The position numbers were made by a program, and so were the translations under genes. A stretch of 64,000 nucleotides of DNA from Phoronis australis (taxonomy: Eukaryota > Animalia > Phoronida), in NCBI GenBank assembly GCA_002633005.1, contig NMRA01000569.1, positions 62,001-126,000 on the forward strand. The letters run 5' to 3'. Under the pieces are notes generated by a model. It did not search any database. It worked only from the letters and a program-made list of their open reading frames with translations, and was not told the DNA's origin. Positions 39,022-51,278 of this stretch are shown one piece after another (positions within the stretch are counted from its first letter, which is position 1; every line of letters starts with the position of its first letter).

Positions 39022-42000
39022 ATGGCATCTTTCGGTTACGGTGGTGGAAGAAGAGATGAAGACAACGACAAGTATTTGTTTTTCTCTCGCATTTTAAAGC
39101 TCTATATTGTTTAACTGTTCAAGAAGTCTATGAACATTTCTTAGTATTATTGTGAAACTCATTTACGTCGCAATTTTAAGTATTCTGCCGGTCTTTTGTG
39201 TGTCGACCGCCATTTTATTTTTATGACATAGTTGAACTACTGAGCATGAAATAGTATATAATAGTCTCTCAGTTTAAGAATACTATAAGGTCACGCGAAT
39301 TTGTTCATAACGTACTGTATTAAGCAGTTTCTCTTTTGCACAAGCCGCACCTAGCTATAACCAGCAATTCGAAAGTCACATGTCGAATTGGGGTATACTG
39401 GGGAACCCAATGTTCGTCCGCCTAAGCATAAAACCGACTTGCTGTTGTACTCACCGAATTATTCCACTTCAAAGTTATGATCTGAATAGGATTCGATTTA
39501 ACTCTCACAGATATACCGCATTCATCGATTCGGAAGTTTTCTTTAATTTGTGCCGAGTTATTTCAAATGTGCACTGCCTTCGGCAGCCATTTTATTGTGA
39601 CACCTAAGTTCGTCATATGCTGCCCCCTTTTGTAAAAACTGAGAAACATGCAGAAAAAGGCCAACGAAGTAATGAAAATTGCAACAGCCTGTTTTTATTG
39701 ACATAAACTCGATTTGAAGCTTTGATGTTGAGCTCTGCACTGTGGTTTCCAATAAAAGCCAATTGGAACATTTCAATGCAGTTTAATGGTGAACGTGAGG
39801 CAAAAATGTTAAGAACCCAGCGTATCGCATTTGTCTGCGGATTTTTCCTTTGGCCTTCTAGATCCTACTAGTGCCTGGGACAAGCAGATACATTGCATAA
39901 ACAAACCCTGGATCATGTTTTGTGTCCCGTCGGAAGAAAATTTAAATTCGAAAACATCTTCTGAAAACGCACAAAAAAGTGTATTAGTAAAATCTACTGA
40001 TTTTTAAGTGGTTTTAAAAAACAATCGGTAAACTCATTACTTTGATACGTGTTTCTCCCGAGAGGTTAGTACCTAACGTGAAGACGAGCACTCCAAATTG
40101 GAACGCTAAGTCCCGCGTGGTTGCGCTGCACGCGAAACAAGATGGCGGACGAACTTTGGAGCCTGACGAAAATAGGTAACCGGACGATACTGGTCAGATA
40201 TAGCGGTCCCTGATTTGGAGAAGTGATTACCAGAAGCGTGTTCAATAGAGTGAGCGCCCGCGAGCGATTTGAGCGCCCTCGTCCTGAACAGCTGTGTTCA
40301 CGTTAGCGCTCGCGAACAACCTCGAGAGCATGTTCGCTTAGATTTCCAAGATGGCGTCCTGCGAAGGCTTCACGTCTGCAACATATGAACCCATTGATTC
40401 TGCAACACGAAAACTAACCTCAAAAGTTGACCGACTCATCCGAAACTGCGACTTAAATTGCGGGTCGCTGTAGCGAGGAACAGTTTCCTCGACATAATTT
40501 TCGATTCTTGTCGGGCCAGGGCCAAAGCCTTCACGGTTGTTGTCTTGGGCTGCCGATATTAATAATTATTGGCAAAGATTAATCATATTTATCGCTCAGT
40601 ACGCCATAGGAAGGACTGTAAGTATTAAGCTCATCGGCTAAGACGTTCAACACAATCTGCTTCAGAGTCGCCATACTGGATCGCACAGTGAGCGCTCACA
40701 GCTGTTCAGGAGCTGTTCCTTGTGTTAGCGTGTACTCGCGAACACAAGGAACAGCTTGAACATTGAGTATATATTTGAAATATTCATTTTTCTCATAACC
40801 TATGTATGCTTCTGTAATCATAAACTACATAACATACTACAAAAAGTGGAACCCTAAAATTTTATGTACTTTCAAAATCGATTTTATACAGCATGAAGAA
40901 TATCCTGTGGGGAAACTTTTTGTAGTTAGGAACATCACAAAGGGTCAACTTCCATTTCACCTTGATTTCGCTGTGATTTAAAGAAAAATGTAATTTTGAA
41001 TAAAATTGAACTGCTTGCAGCGCCACCACAAGGCGAGAAAATGTTGACAATGAACATATTTTCATAAAATGTTAAACACTTAGTCCAATCTTAAATTTTG
41101 AACTCTAATTTAATTTTAGAAATATGCACTATTTTAAGCAACTTTATTTAACCCAAATTGCATTTCTTGTATTTAATAGAAATTATTGACAGGTTCCTCA
41201 AGCTACAATTGACCAATCACATTTCAGATAAGCTTGAACTTTAAAGAAGTCAACATGGATCTTTAAATTCCACTGCACCTGCCTTTTTGAATGTGTTCCT
41301 GGATGGACCATGCTTTATCAACTGATTAAACTTTAATTGAAATTGGTTAGGATAAGATTGATGATGATGACATTGAGTGTACACTTTAAAAAAAATTCAG
41401 GTTGGGAAATTAGGAGGTGCTAAAGTGTAAAAATCAGTTTTTCTAGTATTTTATCTTAAAAATTAAAAGTGTACATACACTAGGGTAGAAATGCAGAAAT
41501 TTCTCACAAATCCATCGTTATCAAAATCAGAGGAATCTGTTTAGAAACAGCCATCCAGCAGCAAAAAGTCTGAACCCTCTTAAAATCATTAAAATTTTGT
41601 GGTAAGTGAAAAATTTGCGAAGTGCTTGCCATACTTAAAATGTTTAAAAAATATTCATCATTGCCCCAATTTGTTTCAGTAGATATTAATAGAAAGGAGA
41701 AAGTTCAAATATTTTGTTGGCACACTTTTCTTCATTTTATGTCATTTAGTATGCTATCAGATATGACCTTGTGAAAATCATGAAAAATGGTAAAATTTCA
41801 TGGATCTACGAATCTCAAACTCTCCACGAATGCTTTCAGGGTAAGGCTGTAATGCCAAGTGAATATTGGAACTTGTCTATCTGACTCCTTATACTTTTTA
41901 TTTAAAAATCATCAATTTTCCTGTGCACGTCTGATGCACCGCAAATGACATCAGGCCACCTGTACTGTTTTTTTTTTTTTTTTTGTAACACCAGTTTAGT

Positions 42001-45000
42001 GTTGCATTAATTTTCACTCTAATATGACTACAGCATGTGCCTGTAATCAAGTTGCCCATGACTTGAGTAATGGCATAGTGTACATATTGCACTGTACACT
42101 AGCAACATAGGCTTGTTTTGTTGTTTTTCGATATGTTTGAGTATTTGCCAAGTGAATTTTTGGTGATTTCTTTTGAGAGGGTATGTGGAAATACCCACCT
42201 GTCAACATTTATGGGACACAAAACCCCACCCACTTTTAATGATTTACTTCTTTCAAGAAGGACCACCCATAACAGGGCTCAACATTAACTTTTTAAGCCA
42301 CTTGCCCTTCGGGCAAGTAGTTGAAATTTTTACTTGCCCGAACAACGAATTCACTTGCCCCAAAGACAATCCCAAATAGCACCATGCATGTGCACACCTA
42401 GGTAATGTGTTACCGTAGGGCTGCCTGTGCTGAGCCTCCTCTTGTGTTGTGCACGCTATATACATGAGTTGCTATTTTTTTAACGATTCTTCTTATAGAA
42501 CATTTATTTATAAGGTGTGTCAAAAAACTAGAGAGACAAATTAGAAGAGTAACTATGGTATCTGAACCATTGTCACACGTTCACAGGCGCCGAAATGAGC
42601 TAGGGCATGAACTCTGGACACTTCTGTGTATTCATTAGTTTATACGCCCTCCTGCATTCAACTTGAGTTGTTGCTAACCTGAATTTCATTTTTTGCTATC
42701 TGTAAAAATCTTGCACAGTTTTGGTCATCGGTAGCTTGTATTAAATTAAAATCAAATTTTAACATAAAATTATGCCACATATACCTTTATTTTCAAAAAA
42801 TAATTACATTTTTGAAAAATAGATAGACCGCGAAAAAGTCACCCTTCAGACTTCAGAGCGGCAATCCCGAAGACCGTATTCCTCTTCTTTCGGGAGTCCC
42901 CACCGGGAGCCGGGAATTCATAAGAATGTCCTTTGGCCTTTTAAACTGCTGTGTAGTGTAGAAAATATGTCGTCAGTCATTCACTTTTTAGCTTTAGCGC
43001 GTATCTGCATGACTTACATCCGCTGACGAACGCGGTACGTGCTTCCAGCTGTACATAGGTAAACGCCGGCAAAAATCAAACGTCATCCCTTGTTCACTGT
43101 CTCGCAGGCCAGGAAACCTAATTTCCCATGACGGAACCCATCCCCGTACTTTCCGTTTCATATTATTGCTTTGATTCTTCCAGAAGTCGTTTTTTAGCAA
43201 CTAAACCAATGCCGTCCAGGCCTGGACGGCTTCCATGTTTAGACGTTTTACCAGAGTGCAGACGATCAGTAGTATCATGTGACAACTTATTCAGAAACTG
43301 CAGGCACGTTCAGAGAATCGAAAGGATTTGACCGCGAGCGTCATCTGTGCACGTTGCATCACACTCGTTCTATTTTCCTTTCGGTGCTCATTCGAAGACG
43401 GGAGTTTTTTTGACGGCCATAGGGGCTTTTTCGACGCTTTTTAGGGTTGTGTCGGGCTTCGTTACTTTGGAGCAGATGTCGAGCAGACAATCTTAGGATC
43501 TGCTTGCCTATGCAGCTATCTTTTTAACTTGCCCATCGGGCAAGTACTTTTCAAATTCCACTTGCCCGACGCAAAATCTACATGTACACGGGCAATCGGG
43601 CAACCGTTAGTGTTGAGCCCTGCATAATTTAAATTTTCTTCAGAACGCAGTCGCCCATAAATTTTTATTGCAACTGTCGTCCCCCCCCATATGTATTTTG
43701 CTGGAACAACCCTCAAAATAAACTGTTCGGTAATACACCTTTTAATATTTACTCCATAACAAGGAATCTTGAGTTGCAATTAACAAGCAACTTTCCGACA
43801 CACCCCTTAGAGATCACAAACCGTGAAACTTTTTATCGGGCGTTGAACTGTTCTTATCAGTTGTATCTTCTGCTCACCTGTGTGACTCCACAATACTAAA
43901 GCAATCAATCTGGACACCCCCTAGTGGATTTGCAGTAAATCAATTGTCACTTACACTGGACCTCCATGTCCTTGGGAATGAGCCACTAACACATTACACG
44001 GTTGGTTTGCCAGAGTTCGAAACTTGCCAGCCAGGGTTGACTCAATACTTTCTTACCTGGATAAATAGCATTCATCAACGATTTCGTTGACGAATGAACA
44101 GACATTTTGGAAAGAAATCTTAATTACAGTATTTATTGGAGGTATTTAAAGACATGGGCAGTCTGTAAAGGGTGGTGTCCTATCCACAAAAGATTCTTAA
44201 AACAGTCTGGCAGGGATGGTAACATTCCTTGAACTTCTGCATCCTTTGACCATGTCAATGTTGACCTCAGTTGAAATCGAAAGGTTACTATTATTACAAC
44301 ACCTTAGCCAAAGTAAAAGCACAAGTGTCGCAATTTTAATGTATTTACTTAAAGACTATAATTCTTGTATTTGTTTTGTTATAAGTTGTAGATGAAAAAA
44401 AGATAATTTAAAACCTTTACTCTAATGGCAAATGCTTGTCAACCTTTCCACAACAGATGTGTAGTCTCATTATTCCCTGCCGGGAGTGAAGTGGCTTTCA
44501 CAGGCTGTACTGTTCCAGTCTAAAGAAAATGGCCTGTTCTATCCTAGAAAATGAACTCTGAACATTGTGCTATCAAGCTCATGGCGGGAGCTAGTGATGA
44601 AATGAAGCACAGACAATGTTTTCTTACTAAGTAAAGCCTAGTATGTAATTAAGTGAAGAGCTACAGTACTTTCCAGATGGAAATTTCATTATTGGCTATT
44701 AACAAATTAGCCATCAGGTGATGTTCACTGGAAGATTAACATGCTGGTTAAACTAGACACAACAGGCATCAATTCTTTATAGTAACAATTAGACACAAAC
44801 TCGTTGCCACAATTGTCTGTCACTTGACTTTCTTATTTTATTTTCAGGAAAATATTTGTTGGAGGATTGGGGCCTTTAACTAAAGGTAAATTGCTTTGTG
44901 ATTTCTAATCGATTGCGTGTAATTGTGAAAATGTTTGTTGTTGGTTATTGTGGTGTGGCCATTTTACCAGAATGTAAACATTAACATTGGTGACACTATT

Positions 45001-48000
45001 ACTGGTTGTAAGAAATAGTCTCACTATCATTTGGTTCTAAGGATTAACTTGATCTAAGAGATAAACGGCGCGTGTCTATCTTTAATTGACCAGTGGTATT
45101 AGAATTGGTATGGTTCTGTCATTGTTAAGCTTAAAACACAGCATGTGAGCCATATGTCATTATAATCATCCACTGATAAAAGGAAAACATTTTCAACTTT
45201 TAAGATACTTCAAATCAGATGAATTTTAAACCTTATTATGTTAATATTAATTACTGATCTCTAGATCATTGGTTCTTTAATTTGATACTGGTCATATGAG
45301 CCACTGAAATTTCTATAAGAATGTGGATTGCCTTAAAATGGTGTGAAGTTCAGTTCTTTAGACAACATGGGGACAACTATGGAATGTGATTTCTTTTGTT
45401 CATAAATGTGTCTAAATGTCTACTTGTAGATGACCTAGAGGGGTACTTTTCCTCGTATGGAACTATTATTCATTGTGTTGTGATTACGGACAGAGAATCT
45501 GGGAGGTCAAAGGGTTTTGGATTCATCACATTCGATAGTCCAAGTACTGTTGCAGAGGTGTGTTTACAATGGAACTTATGTACTTAACCTCATTGTTTTA
45601 AGTTGTTACAATTGTAAACTACTGAACTTGTGGCGCATCAACAGATAACTGCACACCTGTGTACCATATGTAAAAAATGCTGATTCGTACGGAAGTCGAG
45701 CCTCAAGTACGCACGGCCAGGCAAAAATACACAAATTCAAAACATATTATTAATTGGCTTGTTTCTCACTAAATATGCCGATTTGTAGTCGGAATGGAAG
45801 AGGAAGAAGTTAATAAAAGAATATTACAAAATGATTTTTTAGCCAAAAACAGTTGAGCTACGAACTGAAAACTCACTTAATTTCATTCTCTAAATAGTCT
45901 GATAATCGGCAAATCGTGAGGCCTCTTCTATCGGTATGTGTGTCACAGGCCTAACCTATAAGCAATGACTTCTGTGATTTGTGGATTGCTTACTCCGTCT
46001 TATTCCGGCTAAATATGTACTGTTGTCAAAATGGCAAAGCATGAATGGCGTGCCGCATATTCCGTGCTGTGAAGAAAGTAGCTTCTGAAAGAAGGTAACA
46101 TCTGTTTTTGCCATGTTATTCCAAAGAATGACAATGCATTGTGGAAGGGACCGTGGATATTATACTGCAAGTTGTGTAGAGTGTTGTATTCTTGGGCACA
46201 TGGTGACTACACTGACTAAGTGGCATATTGAGCCGACGGACACTTGAGGTTTTTTGACAGGCGGTACGGTGGTATGTGTTCACAGACACTTGCAATGAAT
46301 AATTACTCCAAACTTTTGTCAATGGTTTAGAAAATGTCTTGGCGCAAAACAATGTCCAGTGCAGATTCATAAACACCTTTTTGCAGATATGTTTTTTGAT
46401 TAAGAAACGAGCACAACATTGTATATTACCAGTGTGGCATGTATTAACACAACTATTAAAGTTCAGTAAGGAACCTTTCTATTGATTAACTGGATCTTTT
46501 CACTTAGCGGGTTGTCCCTCAACCAAACACCTTAGTATATTCTGAAAATTGGTGATCAATTCACTACATGTATTTTAAAAACTTTTTGAGAGGCAAGTAA
46601 ATAGGAAAAGTAGCCATGGGTGCACCCAGGGGGCAAAAAGGTCCACCTCAGAGAAACAAAAAGTCCTAGAAAACGAGACAAAAGTCCACTAAAAAGGCAG
46701 GAATTTGGCGCAATTCATAGCCCTGAACGTAACCCTCTTCTTAAGTAAAGGCCCACATCTCCAAAACTTTAACCCCCCCTACATCTTAGGCTAGGTTTGC
46801 TGGAAGTTCGAATTTTCGATATTTAGTCTGTATGCAAAAATCTGCAAATTTACTCAGAAATCTGCAAATCTGGTGTTCAAAGTACTCCAGTACAGTTTTG
46901 GTGGTACACAGGTCTGTAATTGTGTGTAAATTGCCAGACGTCAAGCGATGACTGTCGGCCATCAAATTGGTTGGAATCTGTTGGTAATATCTGCAATCAA
47001 CGTCTGATTGTTTGCTGATGTCAAACAACATTGACCGATGATCTGACGCCCTATGATAGGTAAATTGACGAACGTTCGTAGCGCAGAAGCACAAATTTTG
47101 TTATGTCAACACTTGCTAAATGTCATCTTTGGATAGTTGGTGTATTTTTAATTCAAGCTGAGTCATACATGTACATTCCCTTGAATTTGCTCCTTCATGT
47201 TTATCGCCAAATGAAAATTTATGGGTGACACATTAAGCATACAACAAAAAAGAGTTAGTTAGCCACTGTTATGAATGCTGAATCGTCTTAGCTCAACTTT
47301 TTGTAGTTTTTAACGAGACCAACATTCAGGAATGGATTTCTTGTTGGTGGAAGCGTGTTTAAATTGCTTCGTTGTACATGTTCGTAATTGGAACTGCAGG
47401 TTTTGAAGACCACTCAGTTTGACATCAACGGCCAGTCAGTGACTGTGAGAGCATCAGACGCCAACAAAAGTGGTGGTGGTGGCGGCGGAGCACGGGGAGG
47501 TATTGGTGCCAAGAAAGTTCACTGTCGTGGTGTCCCCCCGGAAACGTCAGAAGATGAAATACGCTCCTTTTTCTCACAACATGGGACAGTAAGTAAAGCA
47601 ATTTATGTTCACTCCATTTGTTGACATACAATCAAGTGTTCTTTTCAACAGAAAAATCAAACTTTGTGGGGACATGGTTTACATTGTTGCTGTCAAAATA
47701 CTTAGTATACTTTTGTTTTGTTTTAGGTTGTTAATGTGGATCTACCTCAGGACAAACAAACACAACAGAGGCGTGATTACATTTTTGTCACCTTTGATGA
47801 TGCATCGAGTGCTAAAGCACTGCTGGACTTGGGTGAAGTCCGTCTAAACGGAAATCAGGTCAGTGGGTTCAGCCTGATGATGTACACTATCATGTTTTTG
47901 TAACTACATTGCTGTATCTATTCTCGTCAGAGTTAACTAGTCATTAATACTTGTATTGAGTTTCAGCAAGGTTGTCTGCCTTCAACTTCAAACTGAATGT

Positions 48001-50532
48001 TGTTTTCAAGGAAGTGCTATGCTCACAGGGTCTGCTGTTACAGTGATGTTGCCTGCTCTACAATCATGTGTAGTAGCTGTATGCCTTTGTTTGCTCAGAG
48101 AGTCAGTAATGTAGCTAAATGCGTCACAAGACTTATGAAAGTCATAAACTGCATCTATTCAAAATTTCCACTAACCATAATTCCGATCACTTTACCTTGA
48201 AGTATTGCTGTTCTTCCTTTCATAGATCATATTTTACACCCACAAGTTAATTGACAGTCGAGCAGATTGTAAAATAGTTCATTTCAATAGACAAAATGAT
48301 ACTGCTCAAGAATGTATACCTCTTAAGCAGTAAGTGATCATCTGGGTTGGTTGACTTTCACTCCAAGTTTCGAATGTGTCATGCAGTTGAATCCATCACT
48401 GACAAGAGCATTCTGTGACATTTCCCTTGCAGAGTGTCGAGCGTGGATGGCAATGAAACTCATGGTCATTGGGCATCACTAAGCACAGCACAGAGAGGTA
48501 CTCTAGAGCATGAACGTGTTAAGTCAAGTTGTCGTACATTAAGGTTCTCTTTGCAGCAGACATTTATGCATTACCTCTCATGACATATGTATTTGACCAT
48601 TGTATCTGATTGCTTTGACTGTATTTGTTCTGATATTGTATGATGCTCAGTTTTCAGTTGTGTTGCCCATTTCTTGAACTTGATGCAGAGAACATAAACG
48701 TTGATTGGTTTTCTGATTGGCCAAGGTAACTATGGAAGCAGTGGAATTAGGAGTGTTTGTGAAGAAGAAATAACATAACAAGATTACATTTTTAGGTGAC
48801 CATCAACAGAGCTAATGAGAAAAGGAGTTTTGGTGGTGACCAGGGAGGATTTGGCCGTGGCTATGGCGATGGGGGTTATGGAAAGCGTGGCGGATACAGC
48901 TACGGAGGTGGCGGTAGTTACGGGGGCAACCGAGGCTATAGCGGCGGCAGCTATGGAGGTGGTAGCTATGGCGGCAGCAATTATGGCAGTAGTGGCTATG
49001 GAGGCAGTAACTACAATAGTGGTTATGGAAATAGTGGTTATGGCAATGGATACAGCTATGGCGGAACAGGTGAATCTCGCAATAATATAAGAGAATGTTA
49101 ATTTAACCTAGGTTAGCTGTTACAAATAAATACAGTTGACTTGGGACTCAGGGAATGGACTTCAGTAGTTCAGGGATGAGAGTTTTTGTCAGATTTCCAC
49201 TTTTTCTGTGTAAAAATTAACCTTTTAATATTTTCTAAATCTGTTAATTTTTTCATTTTAGGAGTATGTTCCTTCATGATATTCTAGCATAATTCATAAC
49301 TGTGGCAAATTTTCATGTTTACATTTTTGCCATGTTGAAGTGGAACTTGCACAGTAATTCCTTAATCCTTTGATTACTTGGTCAAATTTGCTAGAAACAC
49401 ATGTTGCTATGGTGTAAAAATGAAGGAGGTTGAAAATTGCCAAATGTTTTTAAGAACGAGTTTTGTGTAGAAAATGATCTGCTGTAAGTCACTCAACCAT
49501 ATCCAGTAAGTATCGTGGTGTTGGGGAATAAGACTGCACGATGCAGGTTGTGTGAGCCCCCATGGTACGTCATTGGTGTAAAGCTCACCTATTTGCAGAA
49601 TTCTGCGTTTTCAAATTTACAACTCAATACAACTGCACTTTGTTTAGCGTAAATGTTCAAATGACATTGTCGTTTAGATCCGGTGTGCATAGTTAAGAGC
49701 AGGAAAATACATCTTAAAATCAATGGTAGAAAATGTGTTATCTATAATGTAATAGGCTAAACATTCATGGCGAGAACATGATGGCGAATCATATCAGTTC
49801 TTAAGACAGTATCCACAACTTGAAAATGTTTATCAATTTATTTCTCTTCCATAGCCGCTTTTTTATTCAAAATGCCAATTAAAATTGACAAGCAAGACAT
49901 AGTGAAGTTTCATCAAATTGATGCTGGTATTAAAAACAAGTTATAAAGTTGGTATTGGATGAATCTTAAGTTACGATAAGCAGGTGGCAAGCATGATCCA
50001 GTGTCCGCTGGCATTGGTGATTTTGTTGTTAATTTTTTACTGCTTTTTTGATGAACACCAATTCATCCCCGTGAAAGTAGTAAGAGGTAGGTGAGAGGTA
50101 CATCCAGTCATAGCAGATATGCTTGTTAGCGCGTTAATGTTTTTGCAACATCGTTTTCTAGGAGCTAAACATTGTTCATATTCACTTAAATTGACCATTG
50201 TTATCTTGTGTGTCTTGATGAAGATTCGTTGTACAACTGGTCTTGTACACGTAACACTATTTGGTTTTGTAGCAATTGTGTTACGAAATCAATTTCAATA
50301 ATGCTGGTTTTCCTAGATTTTGGTGGTTTTCTCTGAACTCGGTGTAGTTAATTATAACTTGTTAGTGCTAATTTTTCTTTGACAGTAGTTTTAATACTGA
50401 AAGTTGCTCCCATTTTGTAAATATGAGCCATTACTTTTTACAGGTCAGTGGAATGGAAGTGGTGGACAGGATTACCAAAGCAACCAGTGGGGTGGTAACC
50501 AGAGTTACGGATACAACAACCAAGGTTACTAA
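39022..50532 (+). CDS. hnRNP A/B-D-like RNA-binding protein, paralogue B, 299 aa, 7 coding exons
   Basis: Exons 39022-39071, 44848-44885, 45430-45557, 47400-47588, 47727-47858, 48796-49069, 50444-50532; total 900 nt, phases consistent. MASFGYGGGRRDEDNDK-KIFVGGL; RNP1 KGFGFITF; RRM2 KKVHCRGV and RDYIFVTF; G/S/Y-rich tail ending YNNQGY*. Confidence 0.92.
41853..43712. mobile_element. Diverged, truncated Harbinger-type MITE (GGGCTGTTCCAG family) split by a nested insertion
   Basis: 41853-42272 and 43623-43712 align colinearly with about 27742-28182. It ends TTTTGCTGGAACAACCC. Confidence 0.78.
42273..43622. mobile_element. hAT-like non-autonomous element with 5-bp TSD (hAT5-type)
   Basis: CATAA|CAGGGCTCAACATTAAC ... 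GTTAGTGTTGAGCCCTG|CATAA. Subterminal ACTTGCCC/GGGCAAGT repeats at both ends. Confidence 0.88.
49423..49720. repeat. Dispersed repeat; uninterrupted relative of 57697-57947 plus 59892 onward
   Basis: Shared blocks GGTTGAAAATTG, ACCTATTTGCAGAATT, CTGCACTTTGTTTAG and AAATACATCTT. Confidence 0.7.
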
Positions 50533-50985
50533 GAGAAATTCAATCTGTATATAATGTTTTACACGCTATTATCATCTTGAAGAATTCAGTGCTCTGAATT
50601 TTGTTCTGCTAAAATAATGTTTTCGAAACCCATCAACCATAAATTAATGTGTTGTAAACTTGAGTTGTGTTAATTTTTTCTGGCTATTGAAGCTACGCTT
50701 TCTTGCCAGGAAATTTTTAAAATGAGATGCGATGAATGTGATCCAAGTGGAAGAAACTTGACAGTTATCAAAAGGCTCGGACTGGTATTGAGCTGTCTCA
50801 AGTTCATTGTCAACTCGTTACAACTCCTAAATAAACCATGCCGCTACTCCATTCTGGTTTATGCTGGTATCATTTAAGCAAGGCACATATTTTTGTATAG
50901 TTATTTTTCGTTAAAACTACCTACATGCATTTCACATTAATTCCATTGTGTGTAATTTGGTGTCATTATGTACGTGTATTCCTTA

Positions 50986-50991
50986 AATAAA
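50986..50991 (+). terminator. Candidate polyadenylation signal of hnRNP paralogue B (alternative at 50830-50835)
   Basis: AATAAA followed by T/GT-rich sequence. Confidence 0.55.
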
Positions 50992-51087
50992 AGGTTTTGT
51001 ATTATTTTGTATTTTTAATGCATAATAGGTTGACTATTAAGATTAAAGATTATGCACATATCGGTTTTCAGGCTAGTTGTTGAACAC

Positions 51088-51093
51088 TTTATT
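51088..51093 (-). terminator. Candidate polyadenylation signal of RNF181
   Basis: AATAAA on the minus strand about 190 nt after the stop codon. Confidence 0.55.
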
Positions 51094-51278
51094 TTGTTAA
51101 AAAAACAAAGTATGCTGTAATTGCACTACAGAATTATGGTGTCCTGTTGCCACATTCACATCCATGAGTCGAACTTGCTGTGGAATATTCCCTGGAGAGT
51201 CATCTGCAGGCACTTTATACTGAACAACTTGAGTGTCCCAGCTTGATAATGGCTGAAATTTACTGCTTTCTTGGGGAA

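Noticed and set aside
43970-44075. U1 snRNA-like (CTTACCTGG) or tRNA-like (GTTCGAA) gene
   Set aside because: No U1 stem-loops or Sm site and no cloverleaf. At most a decayed SINE fragment.
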